Below, in pieces: positions 11,801 through 25,700 of a DNA stretch of 64,000 nt. The stretch lies in the NCBI GenBank assembly GCA_012295275.1, contig CM022665.1, forward strand, positions 31,496,001 through 31,560,000. The letters run 5' to 3'. The notes beneath the pieces were generated by a model, which worked only from the letters and a program-made list of their open reading frames with translations, did not search any database and was not told the DNA's origin. Each line of letters starts with the position of its first letter. Position 1 is the stretch's first letter. The stretch is from Chrysomallon squamiferum (Eukaryota; Animalia; Mollusca). Position numbers and translations under genes: made by a program.

Positions 11801-14800
11801 AATATTTATGTCTGCTGTGATAATATATGTATAATTTTATGATGTTGCCAAGTACCATTTTATATACAGACCTACAAAATAATTTATAAGCAAATTCCCA
11901 AAGGTAAATGATATGTTTGTCTGTTGAGAAAACCATTAAGAAGCATGAATTGAAAATGTAAACAAGTTTAAAACTGCACTTATGCCAGATATTACTACCA
12001 TAAGATAATGTGCTGCTTTTCTGTAAATATGACAAGACTATAATGATCTTACATAATCTGAAGATGTTAGCTGAAAGATCAATCTCCAATGGTAGTATTA
12101 CTGTGCTATTTCCTGCCCCAACCAGTGGCCCACAAATGGTTTAACAGAGAATGTCATATGTTCCTAAAAATGTGTGGGAAGGTATATGTAAAAGATCCTT
12201 TGCTACTAATTGAAGAGACATAGTGCTGTGGATGGTGATATAAGGCTTCTTCTTTGTTACATGTGGTACTTGACTGCATATGTAATGATATATTGAGCTG
12301 GAACAAAAGATCACAGCATTTTTCAATAGGTGGTGTTTGAGCATGTGATTTCATTTCACACATGACAGAAATATATCAGATATATACATATTGTGAAAGA
12401 TTAACAAAATGGCACATATGTGGCTGAATAAATCTGTTACAAAACTCAAAATATCATCTTTAAATCTCACTTTAAAAACTTTGTGAACTTTCATTCCAAC
12501 CCAGTACTTAGCTGGAGACTGTGTTATTAAACATTTCTTAATCTAGAGACTTGTAACTTGTCACAAAACATGCTAGCTGCAACTTGACTATAATGTGTGA
12601 TGACATATATAACTTTAGATCAAAAATATGTTGAGTGTGTTGTTTTATCAAACATTTCTTCCTTTCTTTAATCTAGACACGTGTGCTATGTCATGAAGCA
12701 AGCTATCAAACAAAAAAAGTAAACATTTTATCATTATCAAATGGGACATCATTAAGTACAACAACAATGTCATAAACTTTTATAACAGATATTTTTAGTT
12801 TGTTTAAGGCACTTAAATACTGATTTAATTTTTTTAATTTAGAAAAAATAGTAATAAAGATAAAATCTTTCTTTGAGTTATAATTTTATATTGAGGGAAG
12901 CCTAACATATAAACATTATTACTCTTTAACACTTAGGTTAATATACACATGAAATTTAGTTGTTATGTTGGAAAGATGCACACACACACACCGTGTGTGT
13001 GTTCGTGTGTAATGTGGCATTATTTAACAAACTAATTCAGTAATAATATTAGTACAATGATGAAATATTTTGTTTCATCTAATATAATTTTTCTTGTAAA
13101 AAGCTGCTAAAATGAAATGAAAATTGTTTGTTGTTTTTTGAGATTAACATGAGATTATCATATTTCCCGTTTTAGATAAAAAAAAAAAATTACATAAATT
13201 ATAAGAGAAGACAGACTTAAGCAAAAATATTGATGTAACTGTAACTTAAAAAAAGAAAGAATGAACACTCCATTACCCATAAATGAATCATTTAAATGGA
13301 TGAATTATGATAATATGCTTTAAATAACTGGTATTTTATCCACTTAGTGCATCAGCATTAAAACAATGCTATTCCTTTTCTCTGAAGAATAAATATAATC
13401 GTGTATCCATCCAGTACATTAGTGTTGAAAATGTCTTAGCCTTGAATGAAATTTATGAATGAACAATTTATGAAAGTTTTCCTTAGAAAATAGGGAATGT
13501 ATATTTTTATGTTTCAGTACTTTTATGGGTTTTTTTGTTTTTTTTAAATCACATTCTTACCGTAGAATGATTGATGAATAATGCTATTGTACTTTGGATA
13601 ACTGAAAATATATAAATGAGTATCACTTTTAAAACACCAGACAAGGTTGTAGATGAATTGCTGCTATAGCTTACCTTAGATAATTGAGAATTTATCCATT
13701 TTGTGAAAGTTTTCTTCTGGATATCTTCTCTTTCATCTGCAAAAACAACATAAAAATTTAAAATATAACTTATAATGATATATGCAAGACATATGTGGCA
13801 TATATATCTCTTATGGCACCATGTTATTTTTCTTTATACACCAAGCAAAATTATAATCCAGTCTATTTTTGTACCTGGTCTGTTTAAAATATCACCAGAA
13901 ATATATTTTATGGTTGATTGCTTTCAAATTTTCTTTGCTTGTGAAAACTGAATGAATAAAGAGATTATAACAGTTATAAATATGTGTAGTATTAGCATAA
14001 TGTCAGGTGAATTAAGTCACCTTGGGGAGCCATGATATATATATAATAGTAATATAATGATGATGATGTTGATGGTTATAATGATGATAAATAAAACATT
14101 AAGGACAAAAAATAGCTAACAGTTTACTGATTTATAACTATACATATATGAACTGATGTGCAACATTAAAAATAGCAATGTAACAATAAGAAAAGAAAAT
14201 CATTCTGGGATTAAAAAGTCTATAACATAATGTTCTATAAATAGTTACATTATTGTGGGTAATATGTATATAATATATATCAGTACATTATACAGATGAC
14301 ATAAAAAATAAAATATCATGGCACAATGTTTTAATAATAATATCTCTGATGTGAATTTCAAAAAAGTTTGAAAAACAAAAATCTGAATAAACATATGTTA
14401 CTATTTTGTTTTTTAAGAATATGAATATTATTTTTATTCTAGGTTTTATGGTTCTAAAATGTATAGACACATGCAAGCACACACATGTTTACATCCACTG
14501 GAAATAAAGCTTACTTTAACCAAGATTGTATTGTTGCAACCTTTAATAAGAACAAATTTATTTTGCACATAAATATAATATGTATCAGATTCAACACAAC
14601 TTATAAATTATTTTAACTCTTTCTGTGCAGATATGCAGATATATTCACTTAAAATTTTATTACCCTTAACTGCAGATTTACCCCACAAACTTAAACAAAT
14701 TTCCCATGCTGCAAGAAGCAAACACAGCCACATAGACTCCTAAATATCGTATCAGCCCACTATGCCATCTGTGGGGCATACTAGTTTTGCTGATTATGCC

Positions 14801-16264
14801 AGGAGATATTCTTAATTATATAGTGAAAGGATTAATCCAGGTTAATACAAAAACAGCTTGTTATCTATTCAATATGTTTTCTGTTTTTCAGTAAAAAATA
14901 TATATAATCAATTTGATTATGTGACAGTGTCACAAAGTATGTACATGATGTGTATTTTTTACATTACAAATCTACTGGACATGATATTTTTATACTAGTA
15001 ATGTAATATACCCTAACACACATATTTTAATCAGATTGTCTGCAAAACAACATTATACAACTTGTAATGCATTCAGAAAATATTTTTTCCTGGAAAAGGG
15101 CTTATAAAAATGTGTTACTTGGTGACCATGGGTACACATTCTTAAGCAATAAATTTTTAAGGCCAATTAACAATGTAATGTATTTAAAAGAAAGTACATC
15201 TAGGTATCTTTTATATTTTGAAGTATTTCAAATTTCAGATCAAAATAACAGATATAAACTCACGTTGTAAGGTAATTTGAAGCACTTTGGTTTCAATATT
15301 TGGTAAATAGTTATTTATATGTGGCAAAATACTAGACATTTTTTATATAAATTGTACAGAGATCTTAATGAAATATACGATACCATGAAAAGGTGATGTG
15401 TTTCTCATTAAACGATTAATAAAACATTTCTTCCTTTATTTCATCAAAAATATATGACAATAATATTGATTTTCACTAATACTTTTTTTAAATCATGTTT
15501 ATTGCAGGACAGCAATATACAAATGACCAATATGTATATATGTATGTATGTACTGGACATGTCCAATGGCATATATCAAGTTTGGCAGTGAGCAGACGTC
15601 CAAAAACACAGATTATATTGTAACTGCATTTAAAATAACTTAAATAAGCTTGGCAAATTGCACATATATAAATATATGGATGTACTAGACCTATATGAAG
15701 GCACATATCACTAAGCTTAGCAAAGTGCACACAACAAAATATGCAGATATACTGTATAACATACATCATCAAGTTTGACAATGTGCAGACATCCAAACAT
15801 ATAGATAGATATACTGGACATGTATGTACCATTAACTTCTGCATACCAAACAGGACTTAAGTACAAATTAAAACAAGTCCCTAGATGTGTTGGAGAAAAC
15901 TCTGTAATTGGTATAGGAAGTGAGATACAACTTTGCAGTAAGAGCTGGAGGAAGAAACACTTGCATTTAGATGAGTGTTATTGAGAAGAAACTTCCTAAT
16001 AATCAAACACGTCTCAAACAAAATTTGACAGCCAAGAGAAAGTTCTCATCATCAATGTGTATACTGTGTCAGGAACTGAATCTAAATTAGAAAGAGTTTC
16101 AAAAGAAAAATCAGAGGAGGATATAAACATCCATGACAGTTTGAAAAACAAGAATTTTCTTGTCCAAGTGCTATCAGGAAACAGTATAAACTAAATGAAG
16201 AATGTATTGGTAAGACTAGAGCTTGAATAAATAAATGGACATCAGGGTGACATGAAATAAAATA

Positions 16265-16310
<46 letters not shown>

Positions 16311-18567
16311 TGTTTATGTATATGTGTGTTTGTGTGTGTGTATGTGTGTGTATATAAAACATTTGTGTTTGCTTAATTTTATCTGTATAAGGGATGTATG
16401 GTCAATTACATTCTCATCATAAATATTTATGAACACTTTAATAATAATGACATGCCTGGTGTTAGTGGTGATTAAGTTTGTCCCAGTGGGTGAATATTTG
16501 AATAATCTCTGCATGGCATTAACAGAATTCTGAAAACGTGCATTTAAGTGACAATAATCACTGTTATGGAAAACAATGATCAAATTTAAAGATGAAATCA
16601 AATCAGTGGTCTGATATTAAATAAAATATTAACTTTTTGTTTTATTTATTATTATAATTTAAACAATATAGCCTATATTAAGAAACAATGTTAAAAATGA
16701 AAGTACATTAGCAATACCCATATAATTGTGTGATTTTCTTTTCTCTGAAGGATTATAAGTGTTTCATACATGTATTTATAAAAAATAATATTAAAACTAA
16801 AAATGTTTAAAATAAACAACATGGCATTACCATCTTCCTGTTCATTTTTGTTTCCAAAATATTTCCAAGACTGCAGTACAAAAACTGTCAATGCTAACAT
16901 GATGTTAACTTATAAATCACCTATATATTCACGTAAAGTTTTCAGATAACACATTCACAAAGATATATCATTGGAGAACATTTCAAAGTCACTTGAAGAA
17001 ATCAAAGTCTTCCCTGCAGCAAAAGCAAACTGATAAATTGTGTCACCAGTAAGTTGGTCTATTCACAGTAAATTTTATTAACTGCACACCTTTCAAAATA
17101 AGGCACTGAGAATAATATCACAGGTGTGTGGTTTAAAAACACAGGTTAATCCGAAACTCATATCACTGAAACTAGTGAAAGCCAGGTACAATCAATAAAA
17201 TTATCAGAGTTCTTTGTATACGCATTTTCACAAAAACATATGGTTAATTTCACTACTGAGTAAACAAGTGATGTAAAAATTTTATGTCACAGTAAATTTT
17301 TTTTTTTTTTAAAACGTGATCTGTTGTGTATTTGAAGAGCTAATCTGTCTAGAAGAACGTGTGACACAAGCCGAAGACCGGTGAAAATCGAACATGTACT
17401 AGTTGTTATACATTCAAAATGACTCGTGGTGATAAAGCAAACATGCTTGATAACACGTAGAAAGATCTTGTGAAATCGCCATGCACACACATCTGTTTCA
17501 AGCAAGATATGTCTTTGTATTGACCTACTGGGTACTCTTTTATTTGACCAACAAAAATGCAGTTCTTAAATTCTTGAATTAGTTCACACCTTTCACAAAG
17601 GTGTTAACAAAATGTGAATAAATGGTTTATGAATGATTTCTTTGGTAGTCAGTCCACTATTAGCATTCAAATGTAAACATCATATACAGCAGTTATCTTG
17701 TACAGAAACAAGGAATATGGGGCCAGGACTAATAGTCAACAGGTAACATAGGTATTGTTGCAATTTTCCATTACTTTGTTTTTTTAATTTTTTTATATAT
17801 ATAAAATTACCATAATTATTTCTTTGCCTAGCTTAATTTTATTTCTGGATTTCATCATCATAACAGAAACTAACTATTAAGGATTAATATTTTGGGTATT
17901 ACCATATTTCAGCAAGTGCTCTGTGACTATGGTATCAATATATACGCTCTTTATATATTAAGAAGACAGATGACTTTCCAATTTATTTAATTTTTTATTA
18001 CTATTATCATATATTTTTTTTTAATGTTTTTTTAAAGGGATTTTGAAAATGTTCTAATCTTACTAAACACGTAAATAATCATCAGTGTTTTACGTGTTGA
18101 TTTCAGAAAAAGCAATGACCTAAAGATACAAGTATTTGTGCATTTCTCAGTGAACTATTGTGTTTGTGTGCACATTAAGAATTCATTTGTATTAAGAACA
18201 TATGTGACCACAATTTAGAACATGTGAATTACGTAAGCAACGTTCCTGAGTCCCAGGTGTGAGAATTACTTCATAACACACCTACCAGATATCAATATTA
18301 CACCTACACTAACTACACACCTCTTGTAAATGAATCTCAGTATAATTACTAGTAACAATATAAAATCATTTTTACAGAATAATATAATAATAAAAAATAT
18401 TTGAAAAATAAATACTTCAGTCTTTTAAAAACAAAAGTATAAAAATAATAAAAATATAATTATAATTATAAAGTAGTTTTTCTGCACTACAGTCAGATAC
18501 AGGACTGGTACAACTTTTTATATATGTTTTTTTAGATATCCCTTTTTCCTTTAGATCTTGAATGATA

Positions 18568-18666
<99 letters not shown>

Positions 18667-21600
18667 TTTCAGCCCTAAAGCAAGATATGCATTTATCAGC
18701 AAATATGTTTTTTTTAAATTCTTTTTCATATATCCATTTTTTCTCTAGACCTTCATAAAGAAAAGAAAATATAAGTAAAAAACAATTAAAAAAGAAAAGA
18801 AAAAGAAAAAGAAAAAAGGAAAATCAATGGCAGATAATGATTCAAACAGATGAGGAAATGTATCAGATTAATGTCTTATGAAGTGTTTAGATTCCAGGGG
18901 AAAACAGCTTATTGAAATCAGAATTAATTCTTCTTGCTGGTGATTTAGAATCAGTTATCAGCTTAAAGATGAGAAAAATGTCAGAATTATAATGTCATAA
19001 TGGAATACTCAGTATGGTGGATAAAACAATAATTGTAGGCATTGTCAGATATTCTCTACAGTGATAAGGACAAGAGTTTATGATATATGACACTGTCAGT
19101 ATGTTTGGGTTTTTTTTTTTTTTTGTCTATTACAGAATTGTAATGGTATCAGTTGTGATGTTTCATACATCTTATCTTTACGCAGTTTCTTTAATTTTTC
19201 TCATTTTGAAATTTGAAAAGAGTGAGAGAACATGAATAAATAAATAAATAATAAACAAATAAATTAAATAAAATAAAACTACAGTTATTTATTAATAATT
19301 AAATTTATAAATGTTCAAAAACTGAAATATAAATTATATTTTATTTCATGTCTTCAGCTTAAAAACAGAAATGATCTAATGAAGCTTTTTAATGAGGTAA
19401 CATCTTTTACTTCATTCCTTTAAGCAAACAAGAACGTATCACAATTTTTCACATTTGAGTAATGATGCAATTGCTTCACTACAAGACAGACAAATTCACT
19501 CTGATTGTGCTATTTATCTGATATGAAAAACAGACAAATTCACCACACTGGTCTGGTTTTGCAATTCATCAAACCTCACCCATTTCATCTACAGATCTGC
19601 TCCTGATAGTTATCAAGACAAGCAAATGTAGATGACAAACCTGCAAATCAATTTTATTTTGGGATGCACTCTTCAAATCAACATTTACACTATTGGAGGA
19701 GATAACAAGTTCAATGGTTCTGATTCCTATAGGATCCCATCTGGCATTGAACCATGCTCTTGCATCTTAATCAATACTTTAAAATGTCCATAACCATGAG
19801 CCTTAATCTGATTAAGAAAATAATGGTAATCTCAGATAGAATTTCAGACTTTTAGACTGTCTGGTATTCTAGCATCATTTGCATGAGGCTTTATCTCCAA
19901 GTACCAATTAAACCCCAATAAAATTCTATACTAGAAATGTCAAGAGGCTGTCCTATCCTACTGACCATGTCAGTGAGGACCTAAAAATTTATATTGTACT
20001 TATTGGATGATAACAGAAATGTTTGCAGTATGTACCTATGGGAAATCTCCAGACAGCTGCAGGACATACAAGTCTGTTTGTAAATACAGTCATGTGTGCA
20101 TATACCTCTCATTATCTCTTTTTCTTTTTGTACCTATGTACCCTTGTTTATATATATGTCTGTGTGTGTGGTGCTATTTATTTATTTGTTTAATGACACC
20201 TCAGAACTGAGATAAAAGTGGCATGTTTGTGTGTTGGAGTGAGTATGTGTGTGAGTTGAAATTCTATCATGTTTAAAAGTCAAGTATTGTCAATACTAAC
20301 AAATTATGCATAAATTAAAACTTAAAAAATTAATCTTCAGTATAAATGCACAAAATTCATACATATACCCAAATACCCAAATACATCTGTTCAGTACATA
20401 CAAAATATATTTGTTAAAATTATCTGGTTTTCTTAAATTATATGAACAGTTAAACAAACTAAGACACTAAGTTTGTGTTTCAAAATACCAATCACTCAAG
20501 ACAAATATTTTTTTGTTGTTGTTTCTTCAGTTTTTTTTTATATCAAATATAAATGCATGAACATTATAGTCTTCTAGCACTATTACTGATACACTCTATT
20601 TGTAGATTTAATTAATTTTTAATTTATTTTTGGACCATAAAATCCATTTAATTGTTCTAACCATTACATTCTTTGTCAAAAGATTAATAATCTAGGTAAT
20701 ATAATAAAATAAATACCAATAAAAATTTTTAAGAATTGATAGAAATTAAAAAAATATAATGTAATATAATTTTAAATTTAGAATTAGAGTACAATATCAT
20801 GATAGCTCAGAGTTAATTTTCAAGGCCAATAGACAGTACAGTGTACTTAAAGTGTATCTACATATCTTTGGTATTTTGTGATATTTTAGTCTTGAGATAA
20901 AAAAAACTGACAAAACATCTACAAGCAGTGAGATAACTTTCTATTACTTGATTACAATATCATGTTTGTACATTTTTTTATTATTACTTACATACGGTAT
21001 GATTAGACAGATATCTTTATACAAAATACAAGTCACAAAATTCACAAATTTATGTTTTAAATAACAATTTAAGATTACTGGCTGATAATGGTAATTTAAT
21101 ATTAACTTTTATATTATTATTTTTGATTTAATTTATTTATTTCCACAAATTAGGAAACCATGAGATTGAAAAATCTTGAAACCTAGAAAATATACTATAC
21201 GGAAGTTTTTTTGTTATAGTTGTTATTCTGCTTGTTTTTTAGTTTTTTTTCTGCAGACCACACTTTAAAATAAATCCATGAATCATCCTTGACATATATC
21301 AAAGAAAATAAAACATATTATCAATTAATGGAGGAGTCCAATATGTTTCTTTGTGCCTGGTTTATTATTAAAAATTCATTACTAGATTAATAAGAAACAA
21401 TGAAGTTATGATCTGGTTATCTCCTCATTTACATACATCTGCAGAAAAGCTAACAATAGAGTAGGATATGAGTCCAGGGTTCAGACATGACTTGTCACAG
21501 GATCAAACCTCTTTGATGCACACTTTGAGTTATAATCCCACTTAAGTCTATATTTATATCCAATTTGTTTTGATGTTTTTGTGGATGTTTTGTACCTTTG

Positions 21601-22761
21601 AAAAAGTGCATATAAAGGACTCCTTACTCAGTTACTTTTCATTAATAAGTGTAAGCTGTGAGTGATTACAGATTTTTTTATTTGTATTATCATTATAGAA
21701 ATAACTATATGAGTAACATCTATCAACTGATAATATAGAACAAAATATCATTAAGTGTTATTTACTGGAAAACCTAGAATAGTAATTAAAGCTAGTTAGA
21801 TAGATAGATAGGTAGATAGATATTTTTTAAAGTTTATTTAAAAGTTTGTTACTTTAGACATACTGTTTAATGAGCAATTGTTAGGATGCAGCAATAAAAC
21901 TGCTGTTTCATGTGACTGATGAAACTAATCCTGAGTATTAGCAACAAGGAACTATTTACACATGAAATGACATACAACACTGCTGTGAAAATGGTTGCTG
22001 TAGATAAAAGGTTAGAACAGGAAAAAGCCATAATGTACAGGGAAGGATTTGTTTTGGGGTTTTTTCTTCTAGTTTTTGGATATAAACAGAATGTGTGAAA
22101 ACTTTGTGTAGTTACAGAACTTAAAAACATTGCCTATTTTCAGAACAAAAAAATGCAATCATTAAATTTATTATTATTATTATTATTAAGGAGCTGACAG
22201 CAAACAAATCATGAATGTACTCTAACTTGTGACCTATTTAAAATCTACATGTAATATCCTATTACAATACTTAAAAAGTTAATAACACACCCTACAGCTC
22301 TTAAAATGTCATCCAACAGTTTACTAAATATAACTGGGTTTTTCTTTTCTCTCTCCGTGACAAAAATTGTCCCTATGCTGTTTACATATATAATTAGCAT
22401 CATTATAATTTGTCTGAAAGTGCAGATGGTATATTAAAATAAGGCTGTGTGAGTACAGTGTGTGCTGTAAATAGCCCCAATCTCTGATTCATAGTTCTTT
22501 TGTCTGTTGTAATGAGTTCTTTTCCAAATACTTCCATCAAGCAATAGTTTGTGGTATGTTCATTTTACAGGAAATCCAATAAAACAGTGACTTGTAACAA
22601 ACTGCAGATTGGTCATTAAGAGTGTTATTTTATCCAAAGTAAATTTAAAGTTTTTTTTTTTTTTTTTTTTTTTTTGTGGGGGTTATTCCTGTTCTATATT
22701 TGATTATTGTGGGTTCTGAAGAATTCTTGATTTTCTTTTTGTTCTGTTTCTCCTTCATTTT

Positions 22762-22797
<36 letters not shown>

Positions 22798-25700
22798 TTT
22801 AATATAAACATTTATTTTGATTATTCAAAATGGTTTATATTATATTATATTTTATATATACATCATATATCACATAAAAATTTAATTAAATTAAAAATTT
22901 AAATAATAATATTAAAAAAGTAAACTATTTTGTACTAACTATAGATGCAAATTAAGTTTGTTGTTTTACAGAATATTTTAAGAGATTCCTGAATAATTTT
23001 AGATTCATGTTACATGCTAGTTAAATCTTCACAACAGTGTAATTATAAAATAGAAAGTAGACATATAGCAGCAAACAAAAATACTACACTTTTCAGTATT
23101 TTAACACTTGGGAATGTGCTAATTCACTGTCCCAGTTACGTGTAAATACAGTGGAAATCTACATGTTCATCTTGCTTTATATAATGGGATTTAAAAAAAC
23201 AAAAACAATCATGGTAAATCATACTATATAATTTTTGAACAGTTTTTTCTTATTTTTTGTTGTTTTAAAAGATTCATATCCTAATAAAATGTTGTTAAAT
23301 TCAGCTTTTTTAAGTACACAGCACTCTTTTCTTTTTTTAAACTTGGTTAAAGTCAACTGGTTATTATAAAATATATGTGCCTCCACATAATTAAAGCTTA
23401 CATTGAAAATATATTCACTGATAATATTCTCTAGGGTTTAAGAAAGAGATGTCCAAGGAGATGTGTGTAAGAATAATGTATTCCAGTGAACTGTTTCTAC
23501 AGCTATAAGAATTTTACAAGTAAGTAACTGTGTAAGCTGTTTCATCAGTGGCAACAGCCTTCATTTTGTAAGTAACTCAGTAATTTATATACTATTGACT
23601 ATTCCCAGATAAATGAGACATCTGGCATTGCAAGCCCATGGCAACATACAGATACATAAATATATACAGATATATAAAAGTAAGATATATAAAAATTGTT
23701 ACAAAACTGCTTTAATTTTTATCTTTTAATTTTTTATTTTTGAATTTTGCAGATAAACAATTTAGATAATACAGATTATGTACATATGTTTGCAAATCAC
23801 ATATCACACAAACACACACACACATACACACAAAGGAAAGAAAAATAGAAAAACGATCCTCACAATAACAAATACATTTTAAAATCTCCCCTATAATTTA
23901 CAAGCCTAATGCCCTAAGGTGAACAAGCTATAGTGTGGGATTGATCCCCAGACATCTCATACCTCAGGCTGGTGCAGTCTGGAACAGAGAAAACATCTGT
24001 GTCCCAGCTGGCTCTATAATGTAACAAAGGCTGTTATTTAAATCCCATTCAAACATACATGTACATGAACTGAATTTTTTCAAGATTCAGAATGTCTTTG
24101 TATGCAGAACAGTGAAAACAGCTTTGTGCACAGGATTTTAAAACTTTATTAAAATTTTAAAAATTAATTTCAAGGACTGATGCAGACATAAACAAATAGA
24201 TAAAAAAATACACTTTAAAAATTTATACATATAAAGTTGAAATCTCTCTCTTTCTGTTCTTTTTCTTTTCTAGCTTTTTTTACCTAAATATTCATCTTTT
24301 TTCCCCAGTTTCTTCTGCTCAAAAGGTTTCCATCCTTTATTTTTTCTTTCCTTCCTTCCTTGTTTCTTTCTCTTTCTTGCCTTCTCTACCCTACATTACA
24401 ATTATGTCTGGAGTCAGTTCAGTTTGACTGGCTTTCATGGACCTCTGTGATTTACAGGAAAACAACTTCAAGTCTTTACACAGGTTCAGAATGTACTTAA
24501 GGTTTAACTTTGTTCTTTGCATTCATCACTGGCCAAGCCACTAGTTTCTTTTGAAATCAGTCTCCACATTTTTACCCTGCCACAGAACTAATGATCAGAA
24601 AAGAAAAAGTACAATTATAACTCAATAATTTTCTAACACAGTCTATGGCAGTCACTCAAAGGATTAGGTAAAAGTGGTTGCTGGATACAGATGGCCAAAA
24701 AAATAGAATGACTGTATGTTTTCCTTCCCAGAGAATATTACTTAATATTTATAAAAAAGAAATGCTGATAACCATAACAGACTGAGATAAAACATTCAGT
24801 ACAATTTCAGTGTTGTAATAAATATTCTTTTTCAAACTCTACATTATGTAGAACAGAAATTTAATGATGTCATTCATAACAGCATCATAAAAAACAATCA
24901 CTATTATTACACTAACATGGGAGCAAAATATTTTTTACAAAACAATGTGCAAGGAAAATAATCTTAAATCACAAAATAAACTAAATGGATTACCCTTCAT
25001 GCATCACATTTTTATCTATCTTTATCCCTAACATCTCACTGAAAATATGAAATACTTCTGCATCTATTTATGACATAAATCAAAAAATGTGTTATATCTC
25101 AGTTTACAGATTTAGTCCCAGAAAAATGTGAACAAGTAGGTTACATTCTGGAATATGACTTTTAAAAATAGTTAATGTCAGGTCAAAATGGTGTTTTAGC
25201 ATATTCTTTGGCTTTCTTACATGTCTAAAACTCTGGTTTCTTATTTTTAATTATCACAAAAGCAATGAAAATCAGAACATGTGACAAAAGAAGCTGTATA
25301 ATGGATGTTATATAAAGCAGCGACTGTCATTAACTGGTATCCTTTTCTGATTTATCACAAGCATCATTTTTCTTCCAAAGCAATCCATGTCACAATAAAA
25401 CTAATGAACATGAAAAAGAGGACAGAAACCATAGAAAAAGGACACTTGCCAAAGCACCTTTACGGATCAACTTTCTTTGCTTTGGAGTGTTGACCAAACT
25501 TTCTTTGTTTGCACCAAACATGCTTCCTCTCCATATACAAACAAGTTTCCAAAAACTTCTCCCTTGACCAGTAAATATTAAATGAAGTTCCTATCGATTG
25601 TCACATTTTAATCTCTAAGATACCAGCTCTCCTCAAACATGTGTTGTTCATTCAAGAAGGGTATTCCCATTATGCTGGACACCAATTAAATGGGTTGATA

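Noticed and set aside
12978-13002. (CA)n-(TG)n mini hairpin
   Set aside because: Short simple-repeat inversion with no functional context.
15880-16250. Purine-rich, coding-like plus-strand stretch
   Set aside because: Interrupted by stops and no domain recognised; probably decayed transposon sequence.
18532-18758. Poly-His/Tyr and poly-Asp/Asn ORFs
   Set aside because: Translations of the (GAT)n(AAT)n microsatellite.
19400-20060. Higher-complexity segment resembling a decayed retroelement (also 35030-35390)
   Set aside because: No identifiable RT, integrase or transposase motif.
25458-25521. Possible first exon [21 protein letters not shown] (phase 1)
   Set aside because: Donor gtgctt is weak and an out-of-frame upstream ATG has better context.
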